IMG/VR virus record: IMGVR_UViG_3300000101_000005
Length of the DNA stretch: 64,000 nt
Reading direction: 5' to 3' (one strand)
Origin: a virus
Lineage: Duplodnaviria; Caudoviricetes
In this document: positions 38,212 through 45,249 of the stretch, in pieces
Layout of the letters: the number at the start of each line of letters is the position of its first letter
Numbering within the stretch: the first letter of the stretch is position 1
The notes under the pieces: model-generated
What the model saw: only the letters and a program-made list of their open reading frames with translations
The model's database searches: none
Told to the model about the DNA's origin: nothing
Translations under genes and position numbers: made by a program

Positions 38212-38824
38212 TCTCGGACACTTTTGCTTTAGAAGTCTTCTTCGTAGGAACAAGTTCTTCAGCTTGGCGTCTTAGTTGTGCTGCTTCTTTACTTAATCTA
38301 TCTGCTTGTGAGCGATAGGACTTAGCAAGATCGTCGTCACTTAACACACCTTCTGTTGGTGCAACTGCTTCAGTCACAGGCTGTGCCGGTGCTGGTGTAC
38401 TTGGGTTTGTAGCAGCTTCATCTGGTGCACCACTTACAAACTTGTGTAACTCATCAATGCTAACACCTTTCTGTTCAGCAATTAAAGCGTTAAGTTCGCT
38501 TAACTGTATCGCTGACTGTGATGAAGGTGTCATTGTTACATTTGATGTGTCAACTTTAATAAGTCTATTATCAGCCTGCATTGATTGTAACATTGGTCTT
38601 CCGTCTGGGAAAGAATTTCTAAACATGAACTCACCAAGTTCATATGCTTCTTGAGCTTGATCTGTTTCGATTAGTTTCATCAAACTATCGTGATAGATAT
38701 CAGGTAACGTTGCAGTTTGTAGTACTAGTGCCTGGTTTGATTCACCTGGAATAGTTCTAAATACTACAGCTACAGCATCGCCAGTGTTGGTCATTTTACC
38801 AACGTGTTTAATTTCCTTAGCCAT
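38204..38824 (-). CDS. Hypothetical protein
   Basis: 206 aa with a globular N-terminus, Pro/Ala linker and C-terminal coiled coil; coupled to its neighbours. Confidence 0.6.
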   Translation of the reverse strand: MAKEIKHVGKMTNTGDAVAVVFRTIPGESNQALVLQTATLPDIYHDSLMKLIETDQAQEAYELGEFMFRNSFPDGRPMLQSMQADNRLIKVDTSNVTMTPSSQSAIQLSELNALIAEQKGVSIDELHKFVSGAPDEAATNPSTPAPAQPVTEAVAPTEGVLSDDDLAKSYRSQADRLSKEAAQLRRQAEELVPTKKTSKAKVSESA

Positions 38825-39135
38825 TATTGCTGTCCTCCTTCAGGTGCCCCTGGTGCAGCAGCCTGTTGTTGTTTAACAACATGATCTAAAAATGCTGTTA
38901 GTTTGTTAAATGCTTTACCAACTGCTTCTAATTCAGTTGCTTTAAATGCACCTCTTTGTGTAGCAACTTCAATAATGCTTTTTACTGCATTAAGATCACT
39001 AATGTTAAGATCTGGTGCTGCTGGTTCCCCAGCTTCTGGTGCAGGTGCATTTTGATCTACACCTGGTGTAGGAACAGGACCACTTTGTGGCGCTGCTTCT
39101 GTAACCGTTTCCGGCGTCTTATTTTCTTCAGCCAT
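38824..39135 (-). CDS. Hypothetical small protein
   Basis: Pro/Ala-rich termini around a helical core (IIEVATQRGAFKATELEAVG); AGGAG ribosome-binding site. Confidence 0.6.
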   Translation of the reverse strand: MAEENKTPETVTEAAPQSGPVPTPGVDQNAPAPEAGEPAAPDLNISDLNAVKSIIEVATQRGAFKATELEAVGKAFNKLTAFLDHVVKQQQAAAPGAPEGGQQ

Positions 39136-39136
39136 T

Positions 39137-39406
39137 CTAGTTTCTCCTTAAGTATGGACAAGCTAACATAAAATATGTTAGTTCTTTTTCTTCTTCAAAG
39201 CCTACAAATGTAGCAGACTTAAACGTATTTTCTTTAGCAGCAGGATATGTATTAATACAATACCTACCACTAGTATTAGTTTTAACCCATTCGTAGAGTC
39301 TACGATCAAAGCGATCATTGCTTGACACTTGCAACCTTGCAAAGTGTGGAGGCATAGTTTTAAGTTCTCTCGAACGTAGTACGTCTAATGGATTAAGTTC
39401 TATCAT
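39137..39406 (-). CDS. Hypothetical protein
   Basis: About 90 aa, directly downstream of an ATAAATA motif; no Shine-Dalgarno sequence. Confidence 0.55.
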   Translation of the reverse strand: MIELNPLDVLRSRELKTMPPHFARLQVSSNDRFDRRLYEWVKTNTSGRYCINTYPAAKENTFKSATFVGFEEEKELTYFMLACPYLRRN

Positions 39407-39412
39407 CACTAA

Positions 39413-39419
39413 TATTTAT
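39413..39419 (-). promoter_or_regulatory. T4-like late promoter motif ATAAATA
   Basis: The minus strand reads TATAATAAATATTAGTGATG. Confidence 0.5.
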
Positions 39420-39440
39420 TATATGCTATGTTTATGAATG

Positions 39441-39839
39441 TTAATCTTGGTCCGCGGTTTCTTCAGAAAGTCTTTTGGACAATGCTTTATTATAGCCCAT
39501 TTTACTGATATCTCCACTAAACAAGTACAATTCAAAAGCAGACCTTTCTTTAAGTACAGTTATTGTTTTCTTAGTTATATAATACGGTGATTCGATAAAA
39601 TTGTCAAGCCATAAAAGCACTCTAGGTGTTATTTTAAATTCTTTTGGAAAGTCTACTTTGTAGGTTCTAATTTTTGCTATTTGTTCAATATACATTTTAG
39701 CTTCGTCCGTAAGACGTAGCCCGCCAACATCACGAATGTTATACCACCATAATGTTCTCTTATCTTTTATGTCGGGGGTGTCAAAAGGCTGATTAGCGGC
39801 TTTCAGAAATACCTTTGTATAATTGTCCTTTTGATCCAT
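39441..39839 (-). CDS. Hypothetical protein
   Basis: 132 aa in the operon; no motif recognised. Confidence 0.55.
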   Translation of the reverse strand: MDQKDNYTKVFLKAANQPFDTPDIKDKRTLWWYNIRDVGGLRLTDEAKMYIEQIAKIRTYKVDFPKEFKITPRVLLWLDNFIESPYYITKKTITVLKERSAFELYLFSGDISKMGYNKALSKRLSEETADQD

Positions 39840-39845
39840 GTGTCA

Positions 39846-40130
39846 TTACTCTTCTTTTGCTCCAGAAGTAAGCGTGTATACCGCAAACTCTTCAGTATTA
39901 AAAAGTGCATTTAGTTTCTTCGCTAAGTTTCTAGCGTGTCCAGGATTAGAAAACGATACTTTTTTATACTTCGGTCCGGGATAACTTGATACCATACTTC
40001 CGCTTTTTAAATTAAACGGCTTTCCCTTATAGAAGACCGCCCAAATTGCTTCGCTCTCTAATACTTGTTCTGTCTTATATGATTCTCGATTGACATGTTC
40101 GAGAAGCACTGTTGGTTTTGGTCTACTCAT
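39846..40130 (-). CDS. Hypothetical small basic protein
   Basis: 94 aa (SYPGPKYKKVSFSNPGHA); AAGGA ribosome-binding site with a late-promoter motif upstream. Confidence 0.6.
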   Translation of the reverse strand: MSRPKPTVLLEHVNRESYKTEQVLESEAIWAVFYKGKPFNLKSGSMVSSYPGPKYKKVSFSNPGHARNLAKKLNALFNTEEFAVYTLTSGAKEE

Positions 40131-40168
40131 TATACGTAATCCTTTTAATTAACTACGTATATATTTAT
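40131..40168 (-). promoter_or_regulatory. Late promoter motif ATAAATA (40168-40162) followed by an RBS-flanking hairpin (TATACGTA...TACGTATA)
   Basis: The minus strand reads ATAAATA-TATACGTAGTT-AATTAAAAG-GATTACGTATA-ATG: an 8-bp perfect inverted repeat, extendable with G-U pairs. Confidence 0.55.
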
Positions 40169-40174
40169 CCTTTT

Positions 40175-40423
40175 TTAGAACTGACCGCCTTCAAATTTCA
40201 CTTCAACTTGTTCACTGTTCTGCTTGATTTGCTTTAATTGTTCATCTATAGACGCTACAACAGTGCCTAGTTTAGATGTAAACAGCGATAGTTCTAATGT
40301 AAGTGACCGTGCTTCTTGTAGTGTTATTCTTACCTCGTTTTGCTGTGACTTTTCTGCAATTGCAATACGTTGTAGTATCTTTTCGATGGTAGGAAGTGAT
40401 TGCGGAAGGTTATTTGTTGACAT
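40175..40423 (-). CDS. Hypothetical coiled-coil protein
   Basis: 82 aa, overlapping the upstream gene's stop. Confidence 0.5.
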   Translation of the reverse strand: MSTNNLPQSLPTIEKILQRIAIAEKSQQNEVRITLQEARSLTLELSLFTSKLGTVVASIDEQLKQIKQNSEQVEVKFEGGQF

Positions 40424-40886
40424 TAGATAACACCTGTTTCATCTCTAAATCAGTCTTAAATGGTCCTTTATACGCATACCGTTGTAGTGTAATGAGCTTA
40501 GGACAGAACGATTTAACCCATCCTTTGTCGAATCTAATAACATAATAGCCTGAACAATATAAGCTCTTTGAGTCACGACTCTTTGTAAACAAAGGTAAAC
40601 GCTTCTGTATATCAAACATAGAGTTATGTGGCCTAGTGCTACATTTATATCCGTGTACTTCTTTAGGATCGGAATCATCTGCTTCTTTTACAATCTTAGC
40701 AACAAAAAAGTCTTTGCCGTAATCACTTAAAATACTTTTCTTATTATGATAGAACTTAACACCGTTTTCATTACTAAAAACAAACTTATCTTCGTTCTTT
40801 CTTAATGTACCAATTTTTTGACCTTGTTCTTCAACAATCCAAAACTTATCTTCTAAAACTGGCTTTGCTTTGAAATCAGTTGTCAT
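40410..40886 (-). CDS. Hypothetical protein
   Basis: 158 aa, coupled (ATGA) to rnh. Confidence 0.6.
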   Translation of the reverse strand: MTTDFKAKPVLEDKFWIVEEQGQKIGTLRKNEDKFVFSNENGVKFYHNKKSILSDYGKDFFVAKIVKEADDSDPKEVHGYKCSTRPHNSMFDIQKRLPLFTKSRDSKSLYCSGYYVIRFDKGWVKSFCPKLITLQRYAYKGPFKTDLEMKQVLSNVNK

Positions 40887-41869
40887 ACCATATACCTCGC
40901 ATTCAATGGTTCGGCGTATGCTTGTGCTTGATCTGATATTTTCTTTAAGTCGTATAAATTACAGAATTTCATAAGTCTTACACCAACCTGGCTAATATTT
41001 TTATTTTCATCAATTGACGTCTGTATAGTACCTGTAATTTTATCTCTTACTTCTTTAGGCTGTGCAGTTAAGTCAATTAATATCCTATTACGTTCGTAGT
41101 CGTCAAGTACACGATGTTCTTCACCGTTATGATCTACCCAACGTTGTAGCATTAAGTTATTCCAGTTGTAGCCTTTAAGGTCTTTATCCTCAAATGCTTC
41201 TAATAAACCAACCTTATTCTTAGTGCCTTTCTTACGTACACCTGGGTAAGCACTAAACACATTGTCACTAGTGTCACCACGCATACATTTTTCAAACAAC
41301 AACCATTGCGGATCAGGCGCAGCCTTAGCTTCTTTAGTTTTCTTATCAATTACAGGATTACCTTTCTTATCAAAGAAACCTTCATGTGTAGAAGTTACAT
41401 CTTGTACACCATTGTATAGTTTTACATTAGGTGCAATTAGTTGTTGAAAGTCTGTGTCTGTAGAAATAATAACATGATCTACATCAGGATGTGCTTGTAC
41501 CCAACCTGCAATTAAATCATCTGCTTCTAGCTCTCTGTGTTGCAATACAGTACAGTTAGTCTTATCTGATACAAAGTCTTTAAATGTATCAAATGCTTCC
41601 CAAAACACAGTATCTTCTTCTTGCTGTTTTTCTGTAAGTGCATCACGAGCAACTTGTCTATTACGTTTGTAAGGCTCATAATGGTCCTTACGCCAGCTAC
41701 GACCTTCTAAGCAGAATACAACATGTGTACCGTCAAAGTCTTGCCATGCTTTCTTAATACTGTTAAGTGTAATATGGAAAGCCATACCCAACTTAATATC
41801 AGCATCACCATTAATTACATGTCTTGCACGGAAGAATGTATTTGCTGTATCTACTAGAATGTGTGTCAT
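40883..41869 (-). CDS. rnh: T4-like RNase H / 5'-3' flap exonuclease
   Basis: HILVDTAN...FFRA, VVFCLEG, EADDLIA, IISTDTDFQQL, GDTSDNV and ERNRILIDL are the FEN/RNase H acidic motifs. Confidence 0.85.
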   Translation of the reverse strand: MTHILVDTANTFFRARHVINGDADIKLGMAFHITLNSIKKAWQDFDGTHVVFCLEGRSWRKDHYEPYKRNRQVARDALTEKQQEEDTVFWEAFDTFKDFVSDKTNCTVLQHRELEADDLIAGWVQAHPDVDHVIISTDTDFQQLIAPNVKLYNGVQDVTSTHEGFFDKKGNPVIDKKTKEAKAAPDPQWLLFEKCMRGDTSDNVFSAYPGVRKKGTKNKVGLLEAFEDKDLKGYNWNNLMLQRWVDHNGEEHRVLDDYERNRILIDLTAQPKEVRDKITGTIQTSIDENKNISQVGVRLMKFCNLYDLKKISDQAQAYAEPLNARYMV

Positions 41870-42249
41870 TATTTGTTATCTCTTTTTATTGTTTCAATAT
41901 CTACATTGCCTGTTGCCATTCCTTCTAATGGACCGCCGAAGTCACCGTCAACAACAACATTAGCACAAAGCTCACGGAACCAACGATCAATAATTTCTTC
42001 TTCTTTATCATTGTCAACTCCGTATCCTTCATTAATTAATTGTAACACGAAATGCCTATTCCAGTCAAGCTCAAAGAAACCATTTCGAACATTTTCTTTG
42101 TTAACGTGTGTTTGTATAACGCCTACCCACGGTTCTTTCTTTTTAGTCGCAAGTTCTTTTGGACTAAGTTGTTTATTCTTTTCTTGTTCTTTAGCTTCGT
42201 TAACTTCTTTAATTTTATCTAAGCCAAGCATTTTTGTTAAAAATGACAT
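41869..42249 (-). CDS. Hypothetical protein
   Basis: 126 aa, coupled to rnh (TAATG). Confidence 0.6.
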   Translation of the reverse strand: MSFLTKMLGLDKIKEVNEAKEQEKNKQLSPKELATKKKEPWVGVIQTHVNKENVRNGFFELDWNRHFVLQLINEGYGVDNDKEEEIIDRWFRELCANVVVDGDFGGPLEGMATGNVDIETIKRDNK

Positions 42250-42257
42250 ATATTCTC

Positions 42258-43181
42258 CTAAGTTCCGATAGCATTACCAAACAAGTATACATGTACTCTT
42301 GCCGCTACATTGTATCCTCTTTGAAACGCCATCTTTGCAACAGCACCTGCCGTTGCGGTTTGTTCTTCTTCTCTTGCTCCTACAGGCATTACCCAAATAG
42401 GATAGTCAACTCCAACATTTCTAAACTCTGCTATAGCAGAATCCATGTCATCCCATTCACGTTGCATACTACCTACCACAAACTTTAGTTGTCCTGTTTT
42501 ACTAAGTTCTCTGTATTCTGCAACTATCTCCGGCTTAATTGCTTTTTTTGCAAGTTCTCCTGAAGTACTAAAAAGTTTTGGAGATAAAGAGAAGAACAAT
42601 TCAATGTCTTTCTCGTTCTTCCAAAACTCAATAAATTCTGGTAATAATTTTTGTGTGCCATTTGTTTCAAATGTAATACTAGCAGGAATATTGTCCTGTC
42701 TTTTTAGTTCTTGTATAATACCTAAGAATCCTTTTTGACTTTGCTTCATCATAGGCTCACCGCCTGTAACACAGAAGTGCTGTCTTTGTTTTGAAACAGG
42801 GTGTAAGAATAACCCATCTGGGTTACTCTCATTTTTTAAAATATCGATAACTTTTTGTGCCAACACCTTAGGAGTTTCTTGCCCCATTAAGTGTTTGTAC
42901 TTCTTTGCCCATGTATAACTGCTATCACAGCCTTTATCCCATACAGGCAAGTCTTCTACCTTTTCTATCTTACTAACATCATAATCTTCAAATGGAAGTT
43001 CATACGTATCTGGATTAGTTGGATCAATTTGACCAAACCCATTACATTGTAAGTTACATAGAAAGAATCTAATCCAAGCAGTAGGAACTCCAGTGTAATT
43101 ACCTTCACCCTGAATAGAGTAAAAAATTTCACTGTAGTAATACTTTTTAGTATCTTCTTCTGTGACTATTGTATCATTCAT
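42258..43181 (-). CDS. queE: 7-carboxy-7-deazaguanine synthase (QueE-like radical SAM) with non-canonical cluster motif
   Basis: YSEIFYSIQGEG...GVPTAWIRF..CNLQC, CDSSYTW, CVTGGEPMM, FETNGT, SLSPKL and C-terminal RVHVYLFGN. The likely start is ATG 43181. Confidence 0.85.
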   Translation of the reverse strand: MNDTIVTEEDTKKYYYSEIFYSIQGEGNYTGVPTAWIRFFLCNLQCNGFGQIDPTNPDTYELPFEDYDVSKIEKVEDLPVWDKGCDSSYTWAKKYKHLMGQETPKVLAQKVIDILKNESNPDGLFLHPVSKQRQHFCVTGGEPMMKQSQKGFLGIIQELKRQDNIPASITFETNGTQKLLPEFIEFWKNEKDIELFFSLSPKLFSTSGELAKKAIKPEIVAEYRELSKTGQLKFVVGSMQREWDDMDSAIAEFRNVGVDYPIWVMPVGAREEEQTATAGAVAKMAFQRGYNVAARVHVYLFGNAIGT

Positions 43182-43187
43182 ATTACT

Positions 43188-43217
43188 ATTATACCTTCTT
43201 TCCACCAGGTTTGTCAA
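43188..43217 (-). promoter_or_regulatory. Sigma70-type promoter TTGACA-N18-TATAAT for queE
   Basis: Perfect hexamers on the minus strand; the -10 element ends 6 nt before the queE ATG. Confidence 0.75.
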
Positions 43218-43371
43218 CCTTTTTCAGTATATAGGAAGTGCCTGGCATACTCTCTTCCCAGACGAGATCATCACCAATATCCCAACCCATTTGATTAAGA
43301 AGATCCGTTGGAATCGGTAACGCTAACTCTTTCGTGTACGGATCTTCTTCAATTTTTACTTGCCAAATCAC
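43189..43371 (-). CDS. AbrB/MazE-like small DNA-binding protein
   Basis: ELALPIPTDLLNQMGWDIGDDLVW matches the swapped-hairpin IPxxxxxxLGxxxGDxL pattern; GTG start. Confidence 0.55.
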   Translation of the reverse strand: MIWQVKIEEDPYTKELALPIPTDLLNQMGWDIGDDLVWEESMPGTSYILKKVDKPGGKKV

Positions 43372-43577
43372 TAGCTGAAATGCTCGTTTAGCATCTCAAG
43401 TCTATCTGTTGCCGCAGCCATTTTATCCAATTCTTTTTGGATAGTTTCAACGATATCAGAATGTTCTCCAATACCAACTACTTGCTGCATATAGACTTCA
43501 ATATTTGCTTTGTGCACCGCAATGTCTGCTTCTGCGTGTTTACGGGCTGCACTAATCAAAGTTTCTCTCAATGTCAT
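43371..43577 (-). CDS. Hypothetical small helical protein
   Basis: 68 aa; AAGGA ribosome-binding site; coupled to neighbours. Confidence 0.55.
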   Translation of the reverse strand: MTLRETLISAARKHAEADIAVHKANIEVYMQQVVGIGEHSDIVETIQKELDKMAAATDRLEMLNEHFS

Positions 43578-43586
43578 AACCTTTCC

Positions 43587-43961
43587 TTAATATTTTTGTT
43601 TTGATGGGATGACGCCTCTGACGCCTCCTTTCGGATCTTCCATGTCCCCATTACGACGGAATATCAAATGTACATGTGGGTACATGACTGTCTGTCCTGC
43701 ACTTTCACCTACATTCAAACCTATGTTGTAGCCTGTGATATTAGTTTTTTCACTTGCTACATTATCATACCCCATAGTGACAGCAAAGTTAAAACACTTT
43801 AAAATGTTTTCTTGTGTTGCTTCTTTGGGTACAATTAATAAGTGTCCTTCAGTTACAGGATACTTATCACGAAAAACAGTGAAGTCACGAGTGTCAATCT
43901 CAATGTCTGTCCACGGTGCTCTTTGTTCTTCTATTGCTAATTGTAAAGTATCAGCTTTCAT
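43587..43961 (-). CDS. HIT family nucleotide hydrolase
   Basis: FRDKYPVTEGHLLIVPK...GYNIGLNVGESAGQTVMYPHVHLIFRR. Confidence 0.85.
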   Translation of the reverse strand: MKADTLQLAIEEQRAPWTDIEIDTRDFTVFRDKYPVTEGHLLIVPKEATQENILKCFNFAVTMGYDNVASEKTNITGYNIGLNVGESAGQTVMYPHVHLIFRRNGDMEDPKGGVRGVIPSKQKY

Positions 43962-44185
43962 TAAAAGCCTCTTCTAATTGCATTGTTAAATTGTTTTGGT
44001 CCAGGTGTAGTAAATTCAAAACCAAATGCGTTTCCTACAAATACTCTTCCATTCCATTTCATATGTATCTTATTGCTTGCCATAAAGATGTTTAAGAAAT
44101 CTTTAGGCTCAATACGGTCAACTTCTGCTTCAGCAACTTTACCGTTATCAGTACATGTAACTGTACATTTATCATCATAGCTCAT
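43961..44185 (-). CDS. Hypothetical protein
   Basis: About 74 aa from ATG 44185 with a GGGAG ribosome-binding site. Confidence 0.55.
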   Translation of the reverse strand: MSYDDKCTVTCTDNGKVAEAEVDRIEPKDFLNIFMASNKIHMKWNGRVFVGNAFGFEFTTPGPKQFNNAIRRGF

Positions 44186-44186
44186 A

Positions 44187-44753
44187 CTAACTCCCATAAT
44201 TTCCAACGTTTTCCCACGGATAAACTAACCAAACATCTTCTTCTGATTTGTTTATCTCGTGACATGTATAACTAACAGGTAATACAGTTTCACTTGCTAA
44301 GTTATCTGTTAGCGTAGCAATACGAACATTACTACCCCAAATTTGATTCCATAATGGACTATCTGGTAAACAGTTGCTTTGCCAATCTTTTGCAATCCAA
44401 TTAAATGTAGCACCAGTATCATTAATATCATCTACAATAAGAATTTTTTTACCTTCTGGTAAATTGTTAAACTGTCCCATCTCAGGAGCATAACCACCAT
44501 CTTCATCGTAGCCGTAAGCATCTTCAGCCATCCAGGAATTACTTTCAGGCCCGATATCGGAATCACGTAACCTAACATCTAGTGTGTGCATTTTAGTGTT
44601 TAAGTAATGGCTGAGCATTACTGCTGGGATTAACCCACCACGAGTAATACCTACAATATACTCAGGCCGCCAGTTGTCAGCATAAATTTGTCTAACAATC
44701 TCTAAGCAATATTGCTTTATGTCATTATGTGTTAAGTATCTTTTTTTAGTCAT
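44187..44753 (-). CDS. Type I phosphoribosyltransferase (purine salvage-like)
   Basis: IVGITRGGLIPAVMLSH, PRPP-binding loop ILIVDDINDTGATF, and a C-terminal WLVYPWE as in xanthine/guanine PRTs. Confidence 0.85.
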   Translation of the reverse strand: MTKKRYLTHNDIKQYCLEIVRQIYADNWRPEYIVGITRGGLIPAVMLSHYLNTKMHTLDVRLRDSDIGPESNSWMAEDAYGYDEDGGYAPEMGQFNNLPEGKKILIVDDINDTGATFNWIAKDWQSNCLPDSPLWNQIWGSNVRIATLTDNLASETVLPVSYTCHEINKSEEDVWLVYPWENVGNYGS

Positions 44754-44773
44754 TTTATAATCTCTTTTTATTC

Positions 44774-45235
44774 TTAAGAAAGTTTATATTCATAGTTGTC
44801 TGTTGTTAAGTTCTCTTGAAGTGTAAAAGCGCCATTTCTTAAATGGAATTTTTTTGCTATTGCTGTTTTTGGACTAAGTGTGACTAACCGGTTGACTTTT
44901 GTTTGGCCTTGAAGGCTTCTTATTAAGTCTATTATTAAGTTTCGTCCTGCACCTATTTTTTTACTCCAAACTGTGTATGCTATTGCAATACTACCATGTT
45001 GTCCGTCTTGATGCGCTGCTTGACTTAAATAGTCTAGTTCTTCAACATTGGTTGGTATCGCATTGCAGTAAGCTACACATACCGCCGCTTTATACTCTCC
45101 GTCTAGAACTAGTGCCCAAATCTGACGTCCTTTTGCTAATCTAAAATCTAGCGTTAACTCAGGACGTACTGGATCATCTTCGGTGTTTAGTTGAAGTTTC
45201 TTATAATTATCGAAAGTGATCTGCACTAGTTCCAT
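44774..45235 (-). CDS. Hypothetical protein, possibly GNAT-like fold
   Basis: YTVWSKKIGAGRNLI and AKKFHLRNGA loosely resemble GNAT motifs A and B. Confidence 0.35.
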   Translation of the reverse strand: MELVQITFDNYKKLQLNTEDDPVRPELTLDFRLAKGRQIWALVLDGEYKAAVCVAYCNAIPTNVEELDYLSQAAHQDGQHGSIAIAYTVWSKKIGAGRNLIIDLIRSLQGQTKVNRLVTLSPKTAIAKKFHLRNGAFTLQENLTTDNYEYKLS

Positions 45236-45249
45236 CTTTAACGCTTCCT

